DNA of 55,446 nt from an uncultured Candidatus Saccharibacteria bacterium. GTDB lineage: Bacteria > Patescibacteriota > Minisyncoccia > Phycocordibacterales > UBA5272. Both the position numbers and the translations under genes were made by a program. This document shows positions 1 through 6,987 of the stretch, one piece after another (the first letter of the stretch is position 1; every line of letters starts with the position of its first letter). A model generated the notes under the pieces. That model worked only from the letters and a program-made list of their open reading frames with translations. It was not told the DNA's origin and searched no databases. The stretch is taken from positions 1 to 55,446 of the forward strand of contig CAZJJX010000001.1 in the NCBI GenBank assembly GCA_964546555.1, in the 5' to 3' direction.

Positions 1-127
1 TAAGCATACGTTAGGATGTAATAAGTATAGTACGCACAGGTTTTTTGGCAAGTCATGAAATCACATATTTGTATTTTGTCAAAAAAGGCTTTGCCGAACC
101 TTCGTGATCACTGGTGTATGATTTTGC

Positions 128-904
128 ATGAATCCAAAAAAACGCTATGCTGAAAAAATGCAATTTACTGACAAAAAAGTGATCATGTTTGATCTTGACG
201 ATACCTTATCAGAAGCAAAAACTAACATGGAGCAATCAATGGCAGATGCAATCACACAACTGCTCACACAAGCTCATGTTGCTGTTATTACAGGAAGCAA
301 GTGGGAGCAATGCAAAGCTCAAATGGTAGACCAGCTTCCATCATATGCACCGCTTCACAGGCTTCACATTCTTCCTAATTGTGGAACACGTTTGTTCCAA
401 TATGACGGAACATCGTGGAACCCAGTATATTCCGAGCTTTTAGGTGAAGAAGAGAAAGTAGCCATCCGTGAAGCATTACTTACAAGCATGCAGGGGATGT
501 ATGATGCGAGCACAACGTATGGAGAGATCATTGAAGACAGAGGATCTTCCATTGCTTTTTCTGCACTAGGCCAGCAAGCACCTATTGAAATAAAAAAGTC
601 TTTTGACCCAGAAAAGACGATTCGCCTTAAGATGCTTGAGAAACTAATACCTATGCTTCCAGAGCATGAAGTAAAGATTGGTGGAACAACAACTATTGAT
701 ATCACCAAGAAAGGTATGGACAAGGGGTGGGGGATTAAGCGATTTGCAGAGCATCATGGCGTAGAGCTACGCGATATCGGATTCTTGGGGGACGCAATCT
801 TCCCGGGAGGAAATGATTATCCTGCAAAAGAAATCGGTCTTGATTGTATCCAGGTAAATAATCCACACGACACCGAAAAGCATATTAGAAGTTGGTTTGT
901 GTAA
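128..904 (+). CDS. HAD-superfamily hydrolase (subfamily IIB, phosphomannomutase-like)
   Basis: 258-aa ORF. Has the DxDxT motif (MFDLDDTL), ITGS, and a C-terminal GDAIFPGGNDYP acidic motif typical of HAD phosphatases/mutases. Confidence 0.7.
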   Translation: MNPKKRYAEKMQFTDKKVIMFDLDDTLSEAKTNMEQSMADAITQLLTQAHVAVITGSKWEQCKAQMVDQLPSYAPLHRLHILPNCGTRLFQYDGTSWNPVYSELLGEEEKVAIREALLTSMQGMYDASTTYGEIIEDRGSSIAFSALGQQAPIEIKKSFDPEKTIRLKMLEKLIPMLPEHEVKIGGTTTIDITKKGMDKGWGIKRFAEHHGVELRDIGFLGDAIFPGGNDYPAKEIGLDCIQVNNPHDTEKHIRSWFV

Positions 905-969
905 TAACTTTTTCTAATTACAATTCTAATAAAAAAGGAAAGCTACAAGAACATAGTGAGAGGAAAATA

Positions 970-1008
970 AATATAATGAGCGACGCCTACGGCGTCGCTC
1001 ATTATATT
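970..1008. terminator. Bidirectional intrinsic terminator between convergent genes
   Basis: Hairpin aatataatgagcgacgcc-tac-ggcgtcgctcattatatt: GC core with AT-rich extensions on both sides. Confidence 0.7.
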
Positions 1009-1018
1009 TTATATATAT

Positions 1019-1870
1019 TTATACCGTTAACTTCCTAGTACTCAATCGCTTCACCTGTTCCGGATCTCGATGGTCAAAAAATAAACTAGTATCCATGTCG
1101 AGTTCTAAAATTATAGACATATCCTCATCTGCCAACTCAAAACCAAAGACATCAAAGTTCTCTTTGATACGTTCTGCATGAACTGACTTTGGAATCACAA
1201 CAACATCTCGCTGTACTAGCCAGCGTAGGATCACTTGTGCTACTGATTTATTATATTTTTTAGCAATACCAAGGAGGGTCTCATTCTGAAACATCTCATT
1301 CCTCCCTTCTGCAAAAGGTCCCCATGATTCTATTTGGATATTATTTTCTTGTAAAAATGTCTGCGTCTTAATTTGCTGACAAAAGGGATGTGTCTCGATT
1401 TGGTTAATTGCAGGGGTTACTCCTGAATTAATAAGTAAATCCATGATTCTGTCTGGATGAAAGTTAGCAACTCCAATTGCCTTAATCTTTCCCTCTTGAT
1501 ACAACTCAGTCATCGCTCTCCACGAACCAAAAACATCTCCGTATGGCTGATGAATCAGGAATAAATCGAGATAGTCTAACTGTAATTTCTTAAGTGAACG
1601 TTCAAATGCTAGCTTTGTATTCTCATAACCTGCATCTCCTATCCAAAGTTTAGTCGTAATAAATAATTCTTCACGTGGAATACCGCTACTTTTAATTGCG
1701 TTACCTACAGCAACTTCATTGCCATATGACGCAGCTGTATCAATAAGTCGATAACCGACACGAAATGCTTCTGTTACTGCCTTTTCGCACTCAAGCTGGT
1801 CAGTTATCTGAAAGACTCCGAAACCAAGAATTGGCATAGTTACACCATTGTTTAATGTGATTGTTTTCAT
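1019..1870 (-). CDS. Aldo/keto reductase (2,5-diketo-D-gluconate reductase-like)
   Basis: Motifs LNNGVTMPILGFGVFQ, DTAASYGNE, LFITTKLW, LIHQP and IPKS. I moved the start to ATG 1868-1870 because the 18 nt upstream lie inside the 1872-1930 palindrome. Confidence 0.85.
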   Translation of the reverse strand: MKTITLNNGVTMPILGFGVFQITDQLECEKAVTEAFRVGYRLIDTAASYGNEVAVGNAIKSSGIPREELFITTKLWIGDAGYENTKLAFERSLKKLQLDYLDLFLIHQPYGDVFGSWRAMTELYQEGKIKAIGVANFHPDRIMDLLINSGVTPAINQIETHPFCQQIKTQTFLQENNIQIESWGPFAEGRNEMFQNETLLGIAKKYNKSVAQVILRWLVQRDVVVIPKSVHAERIKENFDVFGFELADEDMSIILELDMDTSLFFDHRDPEQVKRLSTRKLTV

Positions 1871-1871
1871 G

Positions 1872-1930
1872 GTGGAAGTGTAGCACAAAGGGTGCGGCCT
1901 ACGGCCGCACCCTTTGTGCTACACTTCCAC
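1872..1930. repeat. Perfect 28-bp-arm palindrome (59 nt) between rny and the reductase gene
   Basis: gtggaagtgtagcacaaagggtgcggcc-tac-ggccgcaccctttgtgctacacttccac. It explains the mirrored MCYTST ORF starts on both strands. Confidence 0.9.
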
Positions 1931-1933
1931 CTC

Positions 1934-3451
1934 TTATCTAGCAAACTCTATGGAACGAGATTCACGTATAACATGTATCTTTATCTCACCTGGGAACCTC
2001 AGTTCCTGCTCCACACGAAGTGCGATGTTACGCGCAAGTGTACGAGCTTCAAGATCACTCACCAGTGAAGGAGATACGAAAATACGTATTTCACGACCAG
2101 CTTGTAACGCATACACCCTCTCAATCCCTTGAAATGACATTGCAAGGGCCTCTAAATCAGAAAGACGCTGTATGTAACGTTCTACTGTATCACGACGCGC
2201 TCCGGGGCGTCCACCGCTTATAGCATCAGCCACTTGCACGATCACACTCTCAATAGTTTCGTATGGATATTCTTCATGATGTGCCTGCATTGCAAGAATC
2301 ACTCGCTCATCAACTCCATACTTCATGAGAATCTTGCGGCCGATCTCAACATGTGTCCCTTGTATCTCATGATCAACTGCTTTGCCTATATCATGTAAGA
2401 GTGCTCCTGCTTTTGCCACTTGCACATCAGCTTTTAGTTCATGAGCAAGCACTCCCGCAAGATGAGCCATTTCTACAGAATGATCAAGAACATTTTGGCC
2501 ATAACTTGTACGGAAATATAAGCGCCCAATAATTGGAATAAGTTCTTCCGGAATAAAAAGTAACCCACACGCAAGAACAGCCTCTTCACCTTTTTTGCGC
2601 ATAAAGACTCCAATATCCTTCTTTGCTTTTTCGAGGCACTCTTCGATCTTTGCCGGCTGGATACGACCATCTTTGATAAGCATCTCAAGTGCATTCACTG
2701 CAATAGCGCGTCTTACAGGGTCAAAACATGATACGACAATACCATTTGGTACCTCATCGACAAGGACATCCACACCCGACAGACGCTCAAAGGTTTTTAT
2801 ATTTCGCCCTTCTTTGCCGATAATCTTACCCTTAACCTCTTCGTCATCAAGTGTAATAGTGGAAGATAAGAACTGGGAAGTCTGACCGTTTGCAATTCTA
2901 TAGATCGCATTAACCAAGATATCTTGCGCACGCGCTTCAAGATGCTTCTCACCATCTCGCGCTAACTTAAGTGCCCGTGACTGAAGATCTTCTTCTTGTT
3001 CATGCGCTATTTTTGTAAGAAGAAGTTTCTGTGCTTCTTTATGTGTAAGTGTTGCCACTGACTCAAGCTCTTTTACAACATCTTTTTTTGTACGACGAAC
3101 GTCTTCTTCTTGCTCTTCTAACGCCTGATGTGCACTTTCGAGATGTTTGGTTTCTTCTTGGAGTTTTTCTTCTTTCTTTTGGAGTTCAAGTTCTCGTCTA
3201 TCGAGTCGCTCTTCTTGCTTGCTTAGTCGTTCCTCACTTTTCTTAAGCTCATCGCGAAGCGAACTTGCACGACTAAGCGCATCGTCTTCTATTGCGCGCG
3301 CCTGTCTTTTTGCTTCAAGTAATTTTTCTTCAACAGAAGCCTCGATTGAGCCACGACGAGCTACCGCCACATAATGACGGATAACATACCCGAGTGCGCC
3401 ACCTATAATAAATATGACAGCGCCTTCTATAAGAAGTACTGTAAGATGCAT
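1934..3451 (-). CDS. rny: Ribonuclease Y
   Basis: N-terminal TM helix, long coiled coil, KH domain (KGKIIGKEGRNIKTFE) and HD domain (HSVEMAHLAG...LLHDIGKA). Confidence 0.95.
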   Translation of the reverse strand: MHLTVLLIEGAVIFIIGGALGYVIRHYVAVARRGSIEASVEEKLLEAKRQARAIEDDALSRASSLRDELKKSEERLSKQEERLDRRELELQKKEEKLQEETKHLESAHQALEEQEEDVRRTKKDVVKELESVATLTHKEAQKLLLTKIAHEQEEDLQSRALKLARDGEKHLEARAQDILVNAIYRIANGQTSQFLSSTITLDDEEVKGKIIGKEGRNIKTFERLSGVDVLVDEVPNGIVVSCFDPVRRAIAVNALEMLIKDGRIQPAKIEECLEKAKKDIGVFMRKKGEEAVLACGLLFIPEELIPIIGRLYFRTSYGQNVLDHSVEMAHLAGVLAHELKADVQVAKAGALLHDIGKAVDHEIQGTHVEIGRKILMKYGVDERVILAMQAHHEEYPYETIESVIVQVADAISGGRPGARRDTVERYIQRLSDLEALAMSFQGIERVYALQAGREIRIFVSPSLVSDLEARTLARNIALRVEQELRFPGEIKIHVIRESRSIEFAR

Positions 3452-3452
3452 G

Positions 3453-4037
3453 TTATTTTGCTTTTGGCTTCAAGATACTGTCGACGATTCCGTACTTCTT
3501 TGCCTCTTCTGCACTCATCCAATAGTCACGATCACCATCTTTTTCGATTTGTGCTTTTGTCTTACCTGTTGCTTCACTTAGCATGTCATAAAGCGAGTTC
3601 TTAAGACGAAGAATGTGCTTTGCAGTAATCTCAATATCAGATGCCTGGCCTTCCACACCAGTAAGAGGTTGATGGATCATCACTTCAGAGTTAGGGAGCA
3701 CAAATCGCTTTCCTTTTTTGCCTTGAGAAAGAATCATTGCACCCATCGATGCTGCCATACCAGTACAGACTGTTGCTACATCTGGCTTAATGTGATGCAT
3801 AGTATCAATGATTGCCATACCTGCTTGGATACTACCTCCAGGGGAGTTAATATAAAGGGTAATGTCTTTTTTTGGATCTTCTGCTTCAAGGAAAAGCATC
3901 TGCGCAACCACAAGGGATGCTGTGTGATGATTGACCTCATCATGCAAGAAAATAATACGCTCCTTAAGAAGGCGTGAATAGATATCATACGCACGTTCGC
4001 CGAATTGGCTTTTTTCGATTACGGTTGGAATTAACAT
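3453..4037 (-). CDS. clpP: ATP-dependent Clp protease proteolytic subunit
   Basis: 194 aa with S14 peptidase motifs: [24 protein letters not shown]. Confidence 0.95.
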   Translation of the reverse strand: MLIPTVIEKSQFGERAYDIYSRLLKERIIFLHDEVNHHTASLVVAQMLFLEAEDPKKDITLYINSPGGSIQAGMAIIDTMHHIKPDVATVCTGMAASMGAMILSQGKKGKRFVLPNSEVMIHQPLTGVEGQASDIEITAKHILRLKNSLYDMLSEATGKTKAQIEKDGDRDYWMSAEEAKKYGIVDSILKPKAK

Positions 4038-4345
4038 AGTAGATAGTTGTTAGTGGTCAGTTGTTAGTTATTAGTGGATACACCAGTGAACACAATTGTG
4101 TCCAAATACATAACAAATAATCTAGAACTAGAATTATTCAATAAATAAATATAAATCAGTAAACAAATACAATAAAATCATTACAATATGTCAGTCAGAC
4201 GTGGTCAGTGTTTCGGGGCTACATGAACTATATCATATATCGTATTGTGTACGACTATGATAATTTGACACTATCATAAAAAATATGATAGTACAAAGGT
4301 GTTATTTACTTATTATAGAAGGCTCGCAATCTTCATACATTACTT

Positions 4346-4540
4346 ATGGATCCTATATTTTCTGCCACCGATAATGGTTTTCTTCTAACAGTTGATTCTA
4401 CTCGTTATGTTATGGAATGGGTAGGGGAAAAGCTTATGGTTACAGGGCCAGATGCCTGTTATTACCTCCTTCAGACAGCGCGCGGTCTTGAGCAAGCCAA
4501 TTGCGCCCTCACTACGTTTACACTTCTTATGCCTAACTAA
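4346..4540 (+). CDS. Small hypothetical protein (64 aa)
   Basis: ORF only. It is followed about 90 nt later by a hairpin plus T-run. No recognisable motif. Confidence 0.3.
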   Translation: MDPIFSATDNGFLLTVDSTRYVMEWVGEKLMVTGPDACYYLLQTARGLEQANCALTTFTLLMPN

Positions 4541-4628
4541 GGAGTTGGGGCAAAAAAACGTTGGGCAGTTGAGGGATCTTAGAAACTTTTCATAGAATAG
4601 ACTTTCTAGGGGGGTTTAAAAAAGCCAC

Positions 4629-4659
4629 AAAATAGTGCCATTTTTGGCACTATTTTTGC
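4629..4659 (+). terminator. Intrinsic terminator-like hairpin
   Basis: aaaatagtgcc-attttt-ggcactatttt followed by T-rich sequence. Confidence 0.5.
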
Positions 4660-4700
4660 TATAATTTCCTTTATTTATAAGACTTTTTGTGAAATACTAC

Positions 4701-4729
4701 TTGACTTTTTGTATAAAATATGCTATGAT
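4701..4729 (+). promoter_or_regulatory. Sigma-70-type promoter with extended -10
   Basis: TTGACT, 17-nt spacer ending in TGc, then TATGAT. Lies 62 nt upstream of the ATG at 4792. Confidence 0.6.
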
Positions 4730-4791
4730 ATGGCCATAGGAGCTTGGATAGCTTCACAACAGTTCATTAACAACTTATTTGGGAGGCCAGC

Positions 4792-5649
4792 ATGGCTAAT
4801 CTTTGGAACGCTTTTGTCCGTGCATCGGTCATGGGCAAGATCAGGCAGATTCTGGTCTACCTCGCGCTTTTCTGCGCTGTGGTAGGGGGGTTCGAGCTTC
4901 TCTTCACAAAGGGAAGTTTCGTAATCATCCTGGTACCGATCTTTCTGATTGCTCTTGCTTTCACAAGCATGAGCTTCTGGGGCGGTGCCGGGCGACTTGG
5001 CGGCGCGACTGGGCGCGGGGTTTTGGGTATCACTCGCACTTCGGTGCAAGGAACCTTTGCAGTCATGCAAAGGAACCCAAACTTCTGGCTGACAGTTGGC
5101 TTTGTCCTGCTGGCAGTAGCAAGCTTCAAGCTTGATCACTACCATGTCGGCTCAGCTGCAGTTGGTGGCGCAATCATTTGTGCCATCAACGGCTTCGGAT
5201 GGAACTGGTTCATTGCCAATCCTGCCTGGGTATGGCTAATCGTGTCGATTACATGGCTTGCGATTAGCGTAACCCACGGTTGGGGAGGCAAGATGTTCTG
5301 GTGGCCGGTCGTATCGACCGCGCTTGCGGTTAGTGTGGTTGCATGGCTCCACCGCACTAACACCAATGACACAACTGCACGAAACAGCACCCGCTCCCAA
5401 TTCGGACAAAGTGCTGTCAACCGAGCATTTCAAGTCATTGTATTGCTTGCGGTTCTCTTTATCGTCATAGTCTACATGATGGGAGGACTTCGTACCGCAA
5501 GTGAAGACAAGGCCTTCGAATGGCTTAGCGTAGTGTTTACACTGCTACTCATCGTTGGTGTACCGTATGCAATCAGCATTTGGGCACAAACAAAACGTGA
5601 GCGGCTGCGCGCTGAGCGACGTGCTTCCAGAGGAAGACACGGGAGATAA
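4792..5649 (+). CDS. Multi-pass membrane protein, unknown function
   Basis: 285 aa with several hydrophobic Trp/Gly-rich helices and a basic C-terminal tail. GGAGG lies 5 nt before the ATG. Visibly more G+C-rich than its neighbours. Confidence 0.6.
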   Translation: MANLWNAFVRASVMGKIRQILVYLALFCAVVGGFELLFTKGSFVIILVPIFLIALAFTSMSFWGGAGRLGGATGRGVLGITRTSVQGTFAVMQRNPNFWLTVGFVLLAVASFKLDHYHVGSAAVGGAIICAINGFGWNWFIANPAWVWLIVSITWLAISVTHGWGGKMFWWPVVSTALAVSVVAWLHRTNTNDTTARNSTRSQFGQSAVNRAFQVIVLLAVLFIVIVYMMGGLRTASEDKAFEWLSVVFTLLLIVGVPYAISIWAQTKRERLRAERRASRGRHGR

Positions 5650-5667
5650 TTACTCCCACACACCACA

Positions 5668-5699
5668 AACGGTGGATGCTTTCGCATCCACCGTTTTTT
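5668..5699 (+). terminator. Intrinsic terminator
   Basis: aacggtggatgc-tttc-gcatccaccgtt followed by tttt. Confidence 0.85.
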
Positions 5700-5747
5700 C
5701 TTTTTCACTCAACTATACAAAGAGGAAACTAAAGGACATAGTAAACA

Positions 5748-6075
5748 ATAAAAAAGCCCCCTGCATTCTACGTACGAACATGTCGTACACAGGATGCAGG
5801 GGGCTTGAAGAAAATAATCGCTACATAAGTTTCACAACTTAAAAGTCGTTATTTGATAAAAAGAACGATTGCTAAGCAAGGACAAGATAACCGAGCTTAT
5901 ACAATAAAGAGAAACAAACTTCATGCAAAACCTTGAGGGTTTCAATCTATTGTATGGATCATAATGATGAAACATTGATCCACGATGGGAAAGAACTTTG
6001 TGGTAGATGTTGTGCGCAAACTAGATATCCCGATTAACGCACGGGTGAGCGTTTTTGCTAACGTCATCTACCCTG
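5748..6075 (-). ncRNA. Candidate ~325-nt non-coding (or small-peptide) transcript of unknown class
   Basis: Bounded by the promoter at 6082-6109 and the terminator at 5750-5805. No ORF of 60 aa or more; the longest is 41 codons. Several internal stems, e.g. ggtagatg/catctacc, gtgcg/cgcac, ggatca/tgatcc, and taagtt-gtga-aactta. Confidence 0.45.
5750..5805 (-). terminator. Strong intrinsic terminator on the minus strand, with no annotated gene upstream
   Basis: 12-bp GC stem agccccctgcat/atgcagggggct enclosing an inner gtacga/tcgtac stem. The minus strand continues with ttttttatt. Confidence 0.75.
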
Positions 6076-6081
6076 TCCTTA

Positions 6082-6109
6082 ATAATAGCACCATGTCTTT
6101 TATATGCAA
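6082..6109 (-). promoter_or_regulatory. Sigma-70-type promoter with extended -10 (minus strand)
   Basis: On the minus strand: TTGCAT, 16-nt spacer ending in TGc, then TATTAT. Confidence 0.6.
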
Positions 6110-6110
6110 G

Positions 6111-6130
6111 TGGATAACTGTGGATAACTG
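6111..6130. repeat. Tandem 10-bp direct repeat abutting the -35 of the minus-strand promoter
   Basis: tggataactg repeated twice exactly. Lies between the divergent rsmE and orphan-RNA promoters, so it is a candidate regulator binding site. Confidence 0.6.
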
Positions 6131-6243
6131 TCTTTTACTATTTTAATATTTAATTATGTCTTTGATGTGTCTCGGCACCTTGTTGCGAATGTTGTCCCTT
6201 CCTTATATTGCAATGTCTTTTTGAAATGTGTACGCTTGTGTAC

Positions 6244-6963
6244 ATGCGATTACATCGCTTCTATGTAACACAACCCCTTGGTGAAGAAGTTGTCGTAAAT
6301 GATGTTTCTTTGGTAAAGCAGTGGACAAAAGTTTTCAGATATGTAGTAGGCGATTTCGTTATCCTCTTTAATGGAGATGGTAACGACTTTTGCTATTGTA
6401 TCCAAAAGGTCACAAACACTTCATGTGAGCTTACGTGTACATCTACCACCCCTTCTTATATTCCAAAGCGTATAACCTACCTCTACCTACCTCTTATCAA
6501 AAAAGATCTTTTTGAACTTGTTGTAGAAAAAGCAACAGAACTAGGTATTACTGACATCTGCCCTCTTGTTACCTCAAGAACCGAGAAAAAATCTCTTCCA
6601 ATAGAGAGAATTCTTAAGATCGCACAAGAAGCAAGTGAGCAATCAGGACGAGGAGATGTTCTTAAACTCCATAAAGAGTTAGAATTTACCTCACTATCCA
6701 AGAACTTACAAGAAAACGTGGTTTCAAGAGAAAACACGCTTGTACTTACTCGTGAAGGTGCCCTTGTGACAACATTCCTTAAGGAAAGAGCTGCACGTAC
6801 CGTAGAGCCTCTTGCAATTATTCTGGGGCCAGAGGGAGGCTGGACAGAGGGGGAGGAACTTTTTTTTAAGGATGAAGGATACACGAGAATCTCCCTTGGA
6901 GACACTGTACTTCGTGCTGAGACTGCTGCTATTGCAGGATCCTTTCTTTCCACACTCGTTTAG
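6244..6963 (+). CDS. rsmE: 16S rRNA (uracil1498-N3)-methyltransferase
   Basis: The characteristic MRLHRFYV N-terminus begins at ATG 6244. C-terminal SPOUT motifs are present (ILGPEGGWT, ISLGDTVLRAETAAI). Confidence 0.85.
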   Translation: MRLHRFYVTQPLGEEVVVNDVSLVKQWTKVFRYVVGDFVILFNGDGNDFCYCIQKVTNTSCELTCTSTTPSYIPKRITYLYLPLIKKDLFELVVEKATELGITDICPLVTSRTEKKSLPIERILKIAQEASEQSGRGDVLKLHKELEFTSLSKNLQENVVSRENTLVLTREGALVTTFLKERAARTVEPLAIILGPEGGWTEGEELFFKDEGYTRISLGDTVLRAETAAIAGSFLSTLV

Positions 6964-6987
6964 TCAAAAAAAGGATATACTAATCCT

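Noticed and set aside
1914-2132. Plus-strand ORF starting MCYTST, mirroring the MCYTST start of the minus-strand reductase ORF
   Set aside because: Both N-termini are artefacts of translating the two arms of the 1872-1930 palindrome. The plus ORF is antisense to rny.
6001-6072. Whether the 71-nt segment closed by an 8-bp stem is a tRNA or tRNA-like gene
   Set aside because: It has no T-loop (GTTCRANNC) or D-loop motifs, and the arm lengths do not fit a cloverleaf. I treated it as the 5' domain of the orphan minus-strand transcript.
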